Part shown: positions 46,680-55,786 of the stretch, piece after piece
Position numbering within the stretch: position 1 is the first letter of the stretch
Layout of the letters: every line of letters starts with the position of its first letter
From: Candidatus Woesebacteria bacterium
GTDB taxonomy: Bacteria > Patescibacteriota > Microgenomatia > UBA8517
NCBI GenBank assembly: GCA_020060565.1
Contig: JAGVAE010000001.1
Span: 2,671 to 66,670, forward strand
Direction of reading: 5' to 3'
Length of the DNA stretch: 64,000 bases
Translations under genes and position numbers: made by a program
The notes under the pieces: model-generated
Told to the model about the DNA's origin: nothing
The model's database searches: none
Seen by the model: only the letters and a program-made list of their open reading frames with translations

Positions 46680-47687
46680 ATGCTTCGAAAAAATATTGCT
46701 ATTGATTTAGGAACTGCTAATACGTTAGTTTGGGTAGCGGGGGTAGGTCTTATTGTAAATGAACCTACGGTTGTTGCAATTTCTTCAGAAGATGGAAAAG
46801 TTGTGGCAGTTGGGGAGGAAGCAAAACAAATGTTAGGAAGAACTCCTGAAGCCCTGACCGCAAGCCGTCCAATGAGGGATGGGGTAATTGCTGACTATCA
46901 AGTAACCGAGGCCATGCTCAGGTATTTTATAGGCAAAGTCGTTGGAAGATTCCAGTTTTTTAAGCCTGAAGTGATGGTATGTGTGCCTGCTGGTTGTACT
47001 CAAGTGGAAAGGAGAGCAGCACTTGATGCTACCATGTCAGCAGGAGCAGGGCATGCCTATTTAATTGATGAACCCTTAGCTGCTGCAATTGGAGCAGGTA
47101 TTCCAGTGTCAGCTCCTTCTGGGCACATGATAGTTGACGTTGGGGGTGGTTCAACCGAGGCTGCAGTTATTTCTTTGGGGGGGGTTGTTAATCATAAATC
47201 AGTGAGAGTAGCGGGGAATAAAATAGATGAAGCAATCCAAATATATCTTAAAAAGAAACATAATCTAATAGTTGGAGACACAACTGCAGAGGATATCAAA
47301 CTTAAAATTGGTTCGGCAACACCTCTTGTTAAGGAAGAAAAACTTGAAATATCGGGGAGGGACTTGGTATTTGGTCTTCCTAGAAGTGTTGTTATTACAA
47401 GTACTGAGGTTACTGAAGCCATAAAGCCCGTTTTGATACAAATAATTGGGGGTGTTAAGGGAGTTTTAGAAGACACGCCACCCGAACTTGCAGCTGATAT
47501 TATAGATAAAGGAATAGTTATGAGTGGAGGAACATCAACTTTAAGGAATTTTGATAAACTAATGACAGAGGAAACAGGAGTTCCTGCTCATGTGGCTGAC
47601 GAGCCACTTTTGAGTGTAGTCAGGGGAACAGGTCTAGTTCTTGAGAACATTGAACTTTGGAAAAGAAGTATAACCAATAAGCGTTAG
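46680..47687 (+). CDS. mreB: rod-shape-determining protein MreB
   Basis: Actin-fold motifs IAIDLGTANTLV, MIVDVGGGSTE and VMSGGTSTLRNFDKL; 335 aa. Confidence 0.9.
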   Translation: MLRKNIAIDLGTANTLVWVAGVGLIVNEPTVVAISSEDGKVVAVGEEAKQMLGRTPEALTASRPMRDGVIADYQVTEAMLRYFIGKVVGRFQFFKPEVMVCVPAGCTQVERRAALDATMSAGAGHAYLIDEPLAAAIGAGIPVSAPSGHMIVDVGGGSTEAAVISLGGVVNHKSVRVAGNKIDEAIQIYLKKKHNLIVGDTTAEDIKLKIGSATPLVKEEKLEISGRDLVFGLPRSVVITSTEVTEAIKPVLIQIIGGVKGVLEDTPPELAADIIDKGIVMSGGTSTLRNFDKLMTEETGVPAHVADEPLLSVVRGTGLVLENIELWKRSITNKR

Positions 47688-48094
47688 ATCTAATTATAGG
47701 ATATATCTGATTTGATAGAGTTCTAAAAGCTATAGGAGTTATATTTCGAAGTTATAAAAAGTTATAATATTGAAAGTAATAAAAATATTGGGGCTACTAA
47801 TCATGCTAGAGAGAATTACTTATAGTACGAGATAAATATATACGAATAATTCTTGATAGAATGAGGATAAGTTTTTTCAGACGAAGCTGAAAAAAGAGTT
47901 AAAAAATTGCTCAATAGTGTGTATTTGATTATCTGAAGCACTCAAGAATTTTGCCTGTAGTAGATGAATATTTTGATTGAGAACTAATATACTATAAACA
48001 CTTTGGCCTTTTAAATATAGGATGATGATAGATGCGGAAAATGTGAGGCTAATAGTATAAAAACTAAAAATTATAAGGTAAAAGTCAAAAGTTT

Positions 48095-48895
48095 ATGAAA
48101 AATATTATGAAAAATATTAACCAAATGAGCCAAAATTACGTCAATATATTGGGAATTAACGTGCTTAGCACAACCACTTCCCATCTGCTAACAAGCGTAA
48201 GAGAAAAAGTTACCCATAGTAAGAGGTTTTATATACTTACACCCAATCCCGAGCTTGTTTTAGCTTCAACTAAGAATAATGATTTAAAAAATGCACTAAA
48301 CTCTGCAACATATGCAGTTCCTGATGGAGTTGGTTTAAACTATGCTTCAAAATTTTTGTATGGAAAAAGTATTAATATTATTCCTGGAAGAAAATTATTT
48401 AAAGATTTGATTGAACTAGCCAATAAAAAGGCCTGGAAAGTATTTTTTCTGGGTGGACATGGGGCTGAGGCTAAAGGCGCAGCTGAAAAATTAAGAATTA
48501 ACTACAAAAGCGTCAAAATAGAAACATTTGCAGGACCGATTGTAAATACTGCGGGTGTACCAGTGGGGGAAGAAGACAAAGAACTTCAAAAAGAGGCTAT
48601 AGCTAGAATAAATAAGTTCTCACCCCAACTTCTTTTTGTAGCTTTTACTAATCCTAAGCAGGAGATTTGGATTCACAAGAATCTTAAAAGCCTTAATGTT
48701 GGGGGTGCAATGGCTGTAGGAGGCACTTTCCGCTATATTGCTGGGGCAAGTAAGCTCCCACCTAGCTGGATGGAGAGGGCGGGGCTTGAGTGGGTCTGGA
48801 GGCTTATTACAGAGCCTTACAGATTGGCAAGAATATTTAATGCCTTTCCTCTTTTTCCTTTAAGAGTGTTTTGGTTCAAGCTTACTGGACTCTGA
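48095..48895 (+). CDS. WecB/TagA/CpsF-family glycosyltransferase (UDP-ManNAc/ManNAcA transferase-like)
   Basis: Family pattern ..ILGINVLSTT....YILTPNPELV....AVPDGVGL..A......IPGR.LF.....A..K...VFFLGG........A; 266 aa. Confidence 0.75.
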   Translation: MKNIMKNINQMSQNYVNILGINVLSTTTSHLLTSVREKVTHSKRFYILTPNPELVLASTKNNDLKNALNSATYAVPDGVGLNYASKFLYGKSINIIPGRKLFKDLIELANKKAWKVFFLGGHGAEAKGAAEKLRINYKSVKIETFAGPIVNTAGVPVGEEDKELQKEAIARINKFSPQLLFVAFTNPKQEIWIHKNLKSLNVGGAMAVGGTFRYIAGASKLPPSWMERAGLEWVWRLITEPYRLARIFNAFPLFPLRVFWFKLTGL

Positions 48896-49399
48896 CCAAA
48901 CTTCTGCAAACTCCTCTTTTGCTCTATAGATTCTTCCTTCAACAGCTCGATCTGAAATACCAAGGATTTTTCCAATCTTCTCATATGAGTAATCTTTCCA
49001 GTATCTAAACCAAAGAAGTTGTCTTTTTTCGTAGGGAAGAAGATTTAAACAGTTGTTAACTGAGGTTCTAAGTTCTTTTAAGGCCAAATTTTCTTCGGGG
49101 GATAAGTTATCTCGATCAATATATGTCAAACTATCAATAAGTGGAACAATTATGCCTGAGTTTTCATTGACTTGATCGTGATAATAGTCTGCGATTTTGT
49201 TTAGAGCGATTCTACAAAGCCAGGTAAAATATGTGCTTTTATGTTGAAATGTTTTATATCCTTTCCAACCTGCGACTATTGTTTCTTCAAATATTTCCTC
49301 AACAGTAACTTGATCTTTTCCTAAATGTTTTGCAATGAATTTAAAAAGAGGGGTGGAAATGGATCTGTAGAGGGCGTCGAAGTGTGGGTTTTTAGTCAT
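48860..49399 (-). CDS. RNA polymerase sigma-70 family factor, ECF-type
   Basis: Region 2 (FTWLCRIALNKIADYY) and a region 4 HTH (YSYEKIGKILGISDRAVEGRIYRAKEEF); 179 aa. Its 3' end overlaps the convergent glycosyltransferase gene by 36 nt. Confidence 0.8.
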   Translation of the reverse strand: MTKNPHFDALYRSISTPLFKFIAKHLGKDQVTVEEIFEETIVAGWKGYKTFQHKSTYFTWLCRIALNKIADYYHDQVNENSGIIVPLIDSLTYIDRDNLSPEENLALKELRTSVNNCLNLLPYEKRQLLWFRYWKDYSYEKIGKILGISDRAVEGRIYRAKEEFAEVWSESSKLEPKHS

Positions 49400-49474
49400 A
49401 CTAAAGACTAATTATATACCATGCAGGTGCCAAGAGTGGAATTGAAGGGGGATAAATGAGAGAATACTTTTCAA

Positions 49475-49942
49475 ATGGAACAAGAGAAGATTAATATTTG
49501 GGGAAAGGTTGGATGTGAATTACCCGATGGTAGCCTTTGTTACGCCTGTTGTGTTTTATCACGAATAGAATTGGAAAACACTTATGTGTCTGTTATTAAA
49601 CCTGAAAATTCTCCGTGTCCGAATTTATATAGTCGGGATAAAGAGAGTAATGATTACCAGGGGTGTAAACTTCAAAATAATGGAAAGCCAGGCAATTGTC
49701 TTGGATGGCATTGTAGTATGGCGGATTTAAATAAAAAGATGGATTTTATTGCACAAGGTTTGTCCTTGGGTTTGGTTACAGAAGCTAAGGCAATTACTTC
49801 TGCCCTAAAACTATTAAGAGAAAAAGGAGGGACTGTCAACATTGTTGGTGTAATCAAAAATGAAGTATTGGATAAATCTGTTTTGTTGACAAAAATAACA
49901 AATTCTAAAGATTTAATTGCTTGTGACCTAGATGAAACATGA
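49475..49942 (+). CDS. Cys-rich hypothetical protein (155 aa)
   Basis: Ten Cys in the first 85 aa (C..C..CC......C.....C....C...C); function unknown. Its stop overlaps the start of the first GHMP kinase gene. Confidence 0.4.
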   Translation: MEQEKINIWGKVGCELPDGSLCYACCVLSRIELENTYVSVIKPENSPCPNLYSRDKESNDYQGCKLQNNGKPGNCLGWHCSMADLNKKMDFIAQGLSLGLVTEAKAITSALKLLREKGGTVNIVGVIKNEVLDKSVLLTKITNSKDLIACDLDET

Positions 49943-50760
49943 GAAAATTAATAGTAAACAAAGTATCAACACCAGGTAAAATAATTCTTTCTGGTGAACA
50001 TGCAGTTGTTTATGGTTATCCTGCAATTGCTACTGCTATTAATTTGCGTTTAACAGCCACGAGAGCAGGTAAAATTGAATCAGATATTCCAATTGGGGCG
50101 GGAATGGGGTCTTCCGCCGCTTTTGCTGTGGCAATATCTGCTTTTAAAGTGGGTGAACTTAATTTTGAAAAAATAAATAATCATGCGTATAAGTTGGAGA
50201 AAGATCTTCATGGCAATCCCAGTGGGGTGGATAATACAATTGTTACTTATGGTGGTTTTTTGTGGTACAGAAAAGAGACTGAGGATTTTAAGACTTTTAA
50301 ACAAATTGAGTCAAAAGCAAAACTGCCAAAATTATTTTTACTCAATTCAGGTAAGCCACAAGAATCTACAAAAGAAATGGTTTCATTTGTAGCGGGATTA
50401 TATAAAAGAAAGAAGAAGGCTACAGAAGAAATTTTTAGACAGATAGAAGGTGTAACCAAAGGTTTTTTAAGACTTTTATTAGATGATGATAATTTTGAGT
50501 TGGGGGAATTGATAAAAAACAATGAGAAGCTTTTGGAAAGATTGGGTGTGGTTTCGGATAATACTAAACAAATTATTAAGATAATCGAAAAAGAAGGAGG
50601 AAGTGCTAAAATCTCAGGAGCGGGGGGAATTAAAGATGGGTCTGGGATGGTAATTGTGTATCATAAAGATATAAAAAAGATTAGTTTGATAGCAAAAAAA
50701 TATAATTTTGGTTTATCTCCTGTAAAATTGGGGGAGGAGGGATTAAGAATTGAAAAATAA
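49939..50760 (+). CDS. GHMP kinase, mevalonate-kinase-like
   Basis: N-terminal TPGKIILSGEHAVVYG and GHMP motif PIGAGMGSSAAFAVA; a short (273 aa) archaeal-type form. Confidence 0.7.
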   Translation: MRKLIVNKVSTPGKIILSGEHAVVYGYPAIATAINLRLTATRAGKIESDIPIGAGMGSSAAFAVAISAFKVGELNFEKINNHAYKLEKDLHGNPSGVDNTIVTYGGFLWYRKETEDFKTFKQIESKAKLPKLFLLNSGKPQESTKEMVSFVAGLYKRKKKATEEIFRQIEGVTKGFLRLLLDDDNFELGELIKNNEKLLERLGVVSDNTKQIIKIIEKEGGSAKISGAGGIKDGSGMVIVYHKDIKKISLIAKKYNFGLSPVKLGEEGLRIEK

Positions 50761-51736
50761 CATTACGGTTTCTGCCCCAGGCAAACTCATGCTTTTTGGA
50801 GAACACGCTGTTGTCTACGGTTTACCGTGCATAGTCACCGCGGTGGATCAAAGAATGTGGACAAATATTATTCGCACTCAGAAATTGACAATTAAGCTCG
50901 CGGCTCCCGAAGTCAAAATACCAAAGTTTGAAGCAGATATAAATATTCCATTGAAAAAAGTTCCCCAGGGAGCTAAGTTTGTGTTTGCGGCTGTCAAAAA
51001 TTTTTACAAGGAATATAAGGTTAGTTCTGGTTTGGATATTAAAACCCGAAGCGATTTTTCAAGTAGCTTCGGATTTGGTAGCTCATCGGCTGTTACTGTT
51101 TGTGTAGTCAAAGGTTTGGCGGAAATCTTTGGAATAAAAATTAGCAATAAAGCACTTTTTGATATTTGTTATAAAACAATCCTTGATGTTCAAGGTGTGG
51201 GGAGTGGTTTTGACATTGCAGCGGCCATTTGGGGAGGAACATTGTATTTTGTTGGGGGTGGTAAAAAAATTGCACAGATATCAAAAGAGAATTTACCCTT
51301 AACTGTTGGTTATACAGGAGTTAAAGCGGATACGACCACTCTGGTAAAAAAAGTGGCAGAATTAAAGAAGATAAAACCAAAAGTAGTAAATTCTATATTT
51401 AATTTGATTGTTTTAATTGTTGAAGATGCCAAAAAACTATTAAAAAAGGCTAATTGTGAAGAGTTGGGTAGACTTGCAAATTTAAATCAAGGACTTTTAG
51501 AAGCATTGGGTATTAGTACTTTTGAGCTTTCAAATTTGATATATGCATCAAGAGGAGCTGGGGCTTTTGGGGCCAAATTATCTGGGGCTGGTGGAGGGGA
51601 TTGTATGATTGCCTTTGCACCCCCAACTAAAACATCTAAAATCAAAAAAGCGATTGAGAAACATGGTGGTACATTTTTACCTGTCAAAACTGGAGCAGAG
51701 GGGGTTAGAGTTGAGAAAATAAATATTAAAAGATGA
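50750..51736 (+). CDS. GHMP kinase, second mevalonate/phosphomevalonate-kinase-like paralogue
   Basis: N-terminal APGKLMLFGEHAVVYG, GHMP motif GFGSSSAVTV, and a C-terminal KLSGAGGGDCMIA; 328 aa. Confidence 0.7.
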   Translation: MKNNITVSAPGKLMLFGEHAVVYGLPCIVTAVDQRMWTNIIRTQKLTIKLAAPEVKIPKFEADINIPLKKVPQGAKFVFAAVKNFYKEYKVSSGLDIKTRSDFSSSFGFGSSSAVTVCVVKGLAEIFGIKISNKALFDICYKTILDVQGVGSGFDIAAAIWGGTLYFVGGGKKIAQISKENLPLTVGYTGVKADTTTLVKKVAELKKIKPKVVNSIFNLIVLIVEDAKKLLKKANCEELGRLANLNQGLLEALGISTFELSNLIYASRGAGAFGAKLSGAGGGDCMIAFAPPTKTSKIKKAIEKHGGTFLPVKTGAEGVRVEKINIKR

Positions 51737-52698
51737 AAATAACAGTAAAAGCACCAGCAAATATTGCTTTTATAAAATATTGGGGTAAAAGAAATGAAAA
51801 GTTGAGATTGCCAGCCAATTCTTCTATTTCGATGAATTTATCAGGAGCATATACCACAACCTCTGTAGAATTTGATAGCAAGCTAAAATCAGATATCCTG
51901 ATATTAAATAATAAAGAAGTTGTTGGTAGAGAAATGGAGAGGGTATCTAAACACCTAGATTTAATTAGAAGTATTGCAAAAAGTAAGAATTATGCTCAAG
52001 TAAAAAGTACAAACAATTTCCCAAAGGGGGCTGGAATAGCTTCATCTGCTTCTGGATTTGCTGCATTGACAGTTGCTGCGGCTAAAGCAGTTAACTTGAA
52101 TCTCTCAGAAAAAAAACTTTCTATACTAGCACGTCTAGGATCGGGATCTGCTTGCCGCTCAATTCCTAACGGCTTTGTTGAATGGAAAATGGGAAATTCC
52201 AGCGAGAGTTCATACGCTCGATCACTTTTCGGATCAGAATATTGGAATATCTATGATTTGATTGCAGTAGTTGGTGAAAATAGTAAAAAAATTAGTTCTA
52301 CCGAAGGTCATGCCGTAGCTGAAAGTAGTCCATTTTACAAAACAAGACTTTCTGGTATGAAAGATAAAGTTGCAGAAATTAAATCTGCATTGAAAAGGAA
52401 AGATTTTACAAAATTTGGTGAAATCACAGAAGCTGAGGCTATTAACATGCATACAGTTATGATGACCTCTGTTCCACCACTCTATTATTTATTACCAGGA
52501 ACTTTGGATGTTATATCCCATGTTTTGGAGTTGAGGGAAAAGGGAATTGAATGTTACTTTACGATAGATGCTGGTCCTAATGTACATGTTATCTGTAAAG
52601 AGGAAAATAAACGTAAGATACAAAAAGTACTCTCGGATATTAAAAGTGTAAAGACAGTTTTAATAAACAGAGCTGCTTGTGGCGCGAGAGTTATATAA
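51733..52698 (+). CDS. mvaD: diphosphomevalonate decarboxylase
   Basis: APANIAFIKYWGKRNEKLRLPANSSISMNL and GIASSASGFAAL, the hallmark MDD N-terminus and GHMP motif; 321 aa. Confidence 0.8.
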   Translation: MKITVKAPANIAFIKYWGKRNEKLRLPANSSISMNLSGAYTTTSVEFDSKLKSDILILNNKEVVGREMERVSKHLDLIRSIAKSKNYAQVKSTNNFPKGAGIASSASGFAALTVAAAKAVNLNLSEKKLSILARLGSGSACRSIPNGFVEWKMGNSSESSYARSLFGSEYWNIYDLIAVVGENSKKISSTEGHAVAESSPFYKTRLSGMKDKVAEIKSALKRKDFTKFGEITEAEAINMHTVMMTSVPPLYYLLPGTLDVISHVLELREKGIECYFTIDAGPNVHVICKEENKRKIQKVLSDIKSVKTVLINRAACGARVI

Positions 52699-53210
52699 CC
52701 ATGAATAATATAGTTTTAGTTGATAAAAGGGATAGAGTAATTGGGTTAAAAGAAAAGTTTGAAGCTCACAAAATTCCAGTTCCTCTTCACCGTGCAATTT
52801 CAATAGTAATTTTTAACAAAGATAAAAGTCAGATACTTATAACAAAAAGAGCCAAAACCAAACCCACCTGGCCATCAGTTTGGTCTAACGCTGTTTGCAC
52901 CCATCCATACCCAGACGAATCTTATCTAAAGGCTTCAAAAAGACGTCTTTATGAAGAGTTGGGATTTAAAACATCACTTAAGGAGGCATTCAGTTTTATC
53001 TATCAAGCAAAAATGGCTGATGGAATTTGGGGGGAAAATGAACTTGACCATACTTTTGTTGGTAAATATGAAGGAAGAGTGATTCCCAATCCTTCTGAGG
53101 TTGATGGATATGAATGGATTAAGACAAGTGATTTAAAGAAGGATATTGAAAAGAATCCTAAAAAATACACTCCATGGTTTAAAATCATTATGGAAAAGCT
53201 TGAAGTTTAG
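52677..53210 (+). CDS. idi: isopentenyl-diphosphate delta-isomerase, type 1 (Nudix fold)
   Basis: HRAISIVIFN...TKRAKTKPTWPSVWSNAVCTHPYP..E and the ELGF motif match type 1 IDI; 177 aa. Confidence 0.8.
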   Translation: MWRESYITMNNIVLVDKRDRVIGLKEKFEAHKIPVPLHRAISIVIFNKDKSQILITKRAKTKPTWPSVWSNAVCTHPYPDESYLKASKRRLYEELGFKTSLKEAFSFIYQAKMADGIWGENELDHTFVGKYEGRVIPNPSEVDGYEWIKTSDLKKDIEKNPKKYTPWFKIIMEKLEV

Positions 53211-54088
53211 TATTTTCTTTCCAAAATAAAATCTATAAGTTCTATTAGTTGATTTCTGGCAGGCTCATCTTTCAGAAAATTTAACTTTGTGTCAAAAATT
53301 TCTTTTGCTTTTTGTTTCATTTCCTCTGCTAGTTCTTTTGCATATTTTATTCCTTTTGTGTTTGCAAGTGTTACCTTTCCTTCTTTTTTATCTTGTTCTA
53401 GATCAATTAGATCGTCAACCAGTTGGAAACAACGTCCAAGGTATAGTCCAAATTCAGTAATGGAATCTAATTGTGTTTTTGTAGAATTGGCAATCATTGC
53501 CCCCAATCTCATGGGTCCTGCAATAGAGTAATATGCACTTTTACTGTCAGCAATGAATAAGCATTCATCTTTTGTGATATTTTTCTTTCCCTTGTTTGTC
53601 CAAATTTGTTCCACTCCTTGGCCAAGAACTGTGCGCATTAGCATTGTGTAAAACTCCTCATTTATCTCTTTTGAGTTTTGATCATTAATTATTTTCCACA
53701 TAATAACGTGTAGGCAATCTCCTGCATTTATGGCTAATTCATGGCCGTAGATTTTATGAAGAGTTGTTTTTTCTCGTCTTTTCTCTGAATTGTCCTCTAT
53801 GTCATCATGAATCAATATCCATTCCTCTGAAAGCTGCATGGCTGCGGCAGTTTTGATTGCCTTTGTGACATCCGTCCCCATGGCTTGGGCAATAAGAAGA
53901 ACAAGTGTGGGGCGTAGATATTTACCTTTTCTTTCTGGATACTCCTTGTTTATCTTCCAATATAAATCAACATCCTTCTTATATTTTGAAGGGATTCTAA
54001 ATTGGGAAGGATAGATAGGATCTTTTAAGTATTTCTGAATCTCGGGCCAGACAAGTGTTTTGGTTTTCTCTAGGGTTTCTTGTACCAT
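53207..54088 (-). CDS. short-chain trans-polyprenyl diphosphate synthase (FPP/GGPP synthase family)
   Basis: First aspartate-rich motif LIHDDIEDNSEKRR and second FQLVDDLIDLEQD; 293 aa. Confidence 0.8.
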   Translation of the reverse strand: MVQETLEKTKTLVWPEIQKYLKDPIYPSQFRIPSKYKKDVDLYWKINKEYPERKGKYLRPTLVLLIAQAMGTDVTKAIKTAAAMQLSEEWILIHDDIEDNSEKRREKTTLHKIYGHELAINAGDCLHVIMWKIINDQNSKEINEEFYTMLMRTVLGQGVEQIWTNKGKKNITKDECLFIADSKSAYYSIAGPMRLGAMIANSTKTQLDSITEFGLYLGRCFQLVDDLIDLEQDKKEGKVTLANTKGIKYAKELAEEMKQKAKEIFDTKLNFLKDEPARNQLIELIDFILERKY

Positions 54089-54093
54089 GAGAT

Positions 54094-55365
54094 TTGTATT
54101 ATAATACTTTCTACATGGCAGACGAAATAAATCTTCCTAGTGGCACCGTTTTCCCAAATCACATAGCCATGATTCTTGATGGAAATAGACGCTGGGCAAG
54201 AGCTCGTGGACTTGAACCCTGGAAAGGGCATTTTTATGGCTACAAAGCAGTTAATGCATTGGCTCATGCAACCAGAAAGCTTGGAATTCATACTTTTACT
54301 GTTTGGGCATTTTCAACTGAGAATTGGGAGCGTCCTAAAAACGAGATTGATGAGATTATGAATATATTTAGACGAGCTCTCAAAGAAACTGAGAAGGAAT
54401 TCCACAAAGAGCATGTTGCTATGGTTCACTTGGGTCGCAAAGACAGACTCCCTGTTGATATTCAGGAGGAAGTTGCAAGGATTGAGGCTGAAACTGCCAA
54501 GTATGCCAATGAGCATATTTTTAATATGGCAATTGATTATGGTGGGAGGGATGAAATTGTCAGGGCTGTAAAGAAATTGGTCAAAGATAAAGTTCCAGTG
54601 AATGAGATTGACGAGAAAACATTTGAAAAATGTCTTGATACATATGGTCAACCATATCCTGACCCTGATTTGTTTATTAGAACCAGCGGGGAACAAAGAA
54701 CTTCAGGGTTTCTTCCTTGGCAAATGAGCTACACCGAGTTCTATTTTGAGCAGGAACACCTTCCTGACTTTACTCCTGGCAAACTAAAAACTGCAATTTT
54801 GGATTATTCAAGACGAAGGCGCAGATTTGGAGGAGATGATGTAGTGGAACATTTTAAATTTAATCCTGAACTTTTAGCAAGGCTTGAGATTAAGTGGTGG
54901 AGATTGGGTAAGATTCCTGAAGGGATGAGATTTATGGATTATACAATGAAGCATTTAAAGGAACAGTATGGGCTTTCTAAAGAATTGGCAAAAGATGCCG
55001 CCAAATTACTTTTTGAATCTTTGGCTGAAGAAAATGATTCCAAATTTGAAATGGCAAAGGTTAAAACTGTTAAATTCTATGAACTAATCAGGGATGAAAT
55101 TAAATTAGCATTTGAGCCTGAAATTGTTGCTTCATTGGAAGTTAGGATGCGAAAAGAAATGGGAGAGGGGGAAGATACAACTCGTGAGTATTTGGCAGAG
55201 GTATATAGAATCTCACTTTTCCAAGCTGCCAAAGCTGCACATCTTAAAGTTCTTGCTAATATTGAACGAAATAAAGCAGAAAAAGGACAAGGAGAGGAAC
55301 ATTGGGCCAAAGCTGAGGATTATCTTCAAAAGTATTATCATGCCCTAAAGGAAAGAGTTGCTTAA
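54094..55365 (+). CDS. uppS: undecaprenyl-diphosphate synthase (cis-prenyltransferase) with a ~170-aa C-terminal all-alpha extension
   Basis: HIAMILDGNRRWA, TVWAFSTENWERP, IDYGGRDEI and FIRTSGEQRTSGFLPWQ are canonical UPPS motifs. The N-terminal ~250 aa is UppS-like; the remaining ~170 aa is charged/helical with no match I recognise. Confidence 0.8.
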   Translation: MYYNTFYMADEINLPSGTVFPNHIAMILDGNRRWARARGLEPWKGHFYGYKAVNALAHATRKLGIHTFTVWAFSTENWERPKNEIDEIMNIFRRALKETEKEFHKEHVAMVHLGRKDRLPVDIQEEVARIEAETAKYANEHIFNMAIDYGGRDEIVRAVKKLVKDKVPVNEIDEKTFEKCLDTYGQPYPDPDLFIRTSGEQRTSGFLPWQMSYTEFYFEQEHLPDFTPGKLKTAILDYSRRRRRFGGDDVVEHFKFNPELLARLEIKWWRLGKIPEGMRFMDYTMKHLKEQYGLSKELAKDAAKLLFESLAEENDSKFEMAKVKTVKFYELIRDEIKLAFEPEIVASLEVRMRKEMGEGEDTTREYLAEVYRISLFQAAKAAHLKVLANIERNKAEKGQGEEHWAKAEDYLQKYYHALKERVA

Positions 55366-55742
55366 CCACTTATTTCTTTGCCAATGATTCTTTGGATAAA
55401 TTGCTCTTGCGCTGTGGGATTTAATAAATCAAAAAGATCTGGTATTGCTCTTTCATTTCTACTTAATACACCGTTTCTAACCAATTCACTCTCCTGCGAA
55501 GTTAAGTAATAAAAAGTATCGCAGGATCCAAAAGCTTTCCAAATAACCCCCTTTTCTACCAGAAGATCAATTATTCCTGAAAGTCTGAATAATTCTGAAT
55601 GGCTTGCTCCATCTTCTTTGGGTAAAAACTCACCTCTTGGTTGGGGCCCCGAGGATAATTTATTGATAATTTCTTGCTCATCTTTGGTAAATATCAAACT
55701 GTGTCCGTTTTTTCTAGGCATAATGCGCGAATTATAACACAT
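55362..55742 (-). CDS. hypothetical protein
   Basis: Intact ORF (probable start MPRKNGHSL); no motif recognised. Confidence 0.35.
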   Translation of the reverse strand: MCYNSRIMPRKNGHSLIFTKDEQEIINKLSSGPQPRGEFLPKEDGASHSELFRLSGIIDLLVEKGVIWKAFGSCDTFYYLTSQESELVRNGVLSRNERAIPDLFDLLNPTAQEQFIQRIIGKEISG

Positions 55743-55786
55743 TTTTATTTTTTGCTAAAAACATGGTTTTAGTCTAGAATCTCTTC

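Noticed and set aside
47874-47896. Hairpin TTTTTTCAG-ACGAAG-CTGAAAAAA in the 400-bp AT-rich gap after mreB, as a terminator
   Set aside because: The stem is almost entirely A/T, and it lies about 190 bp past the mreB stop without a GC-rich stem. It is not convincing as an intrinsic terminator.
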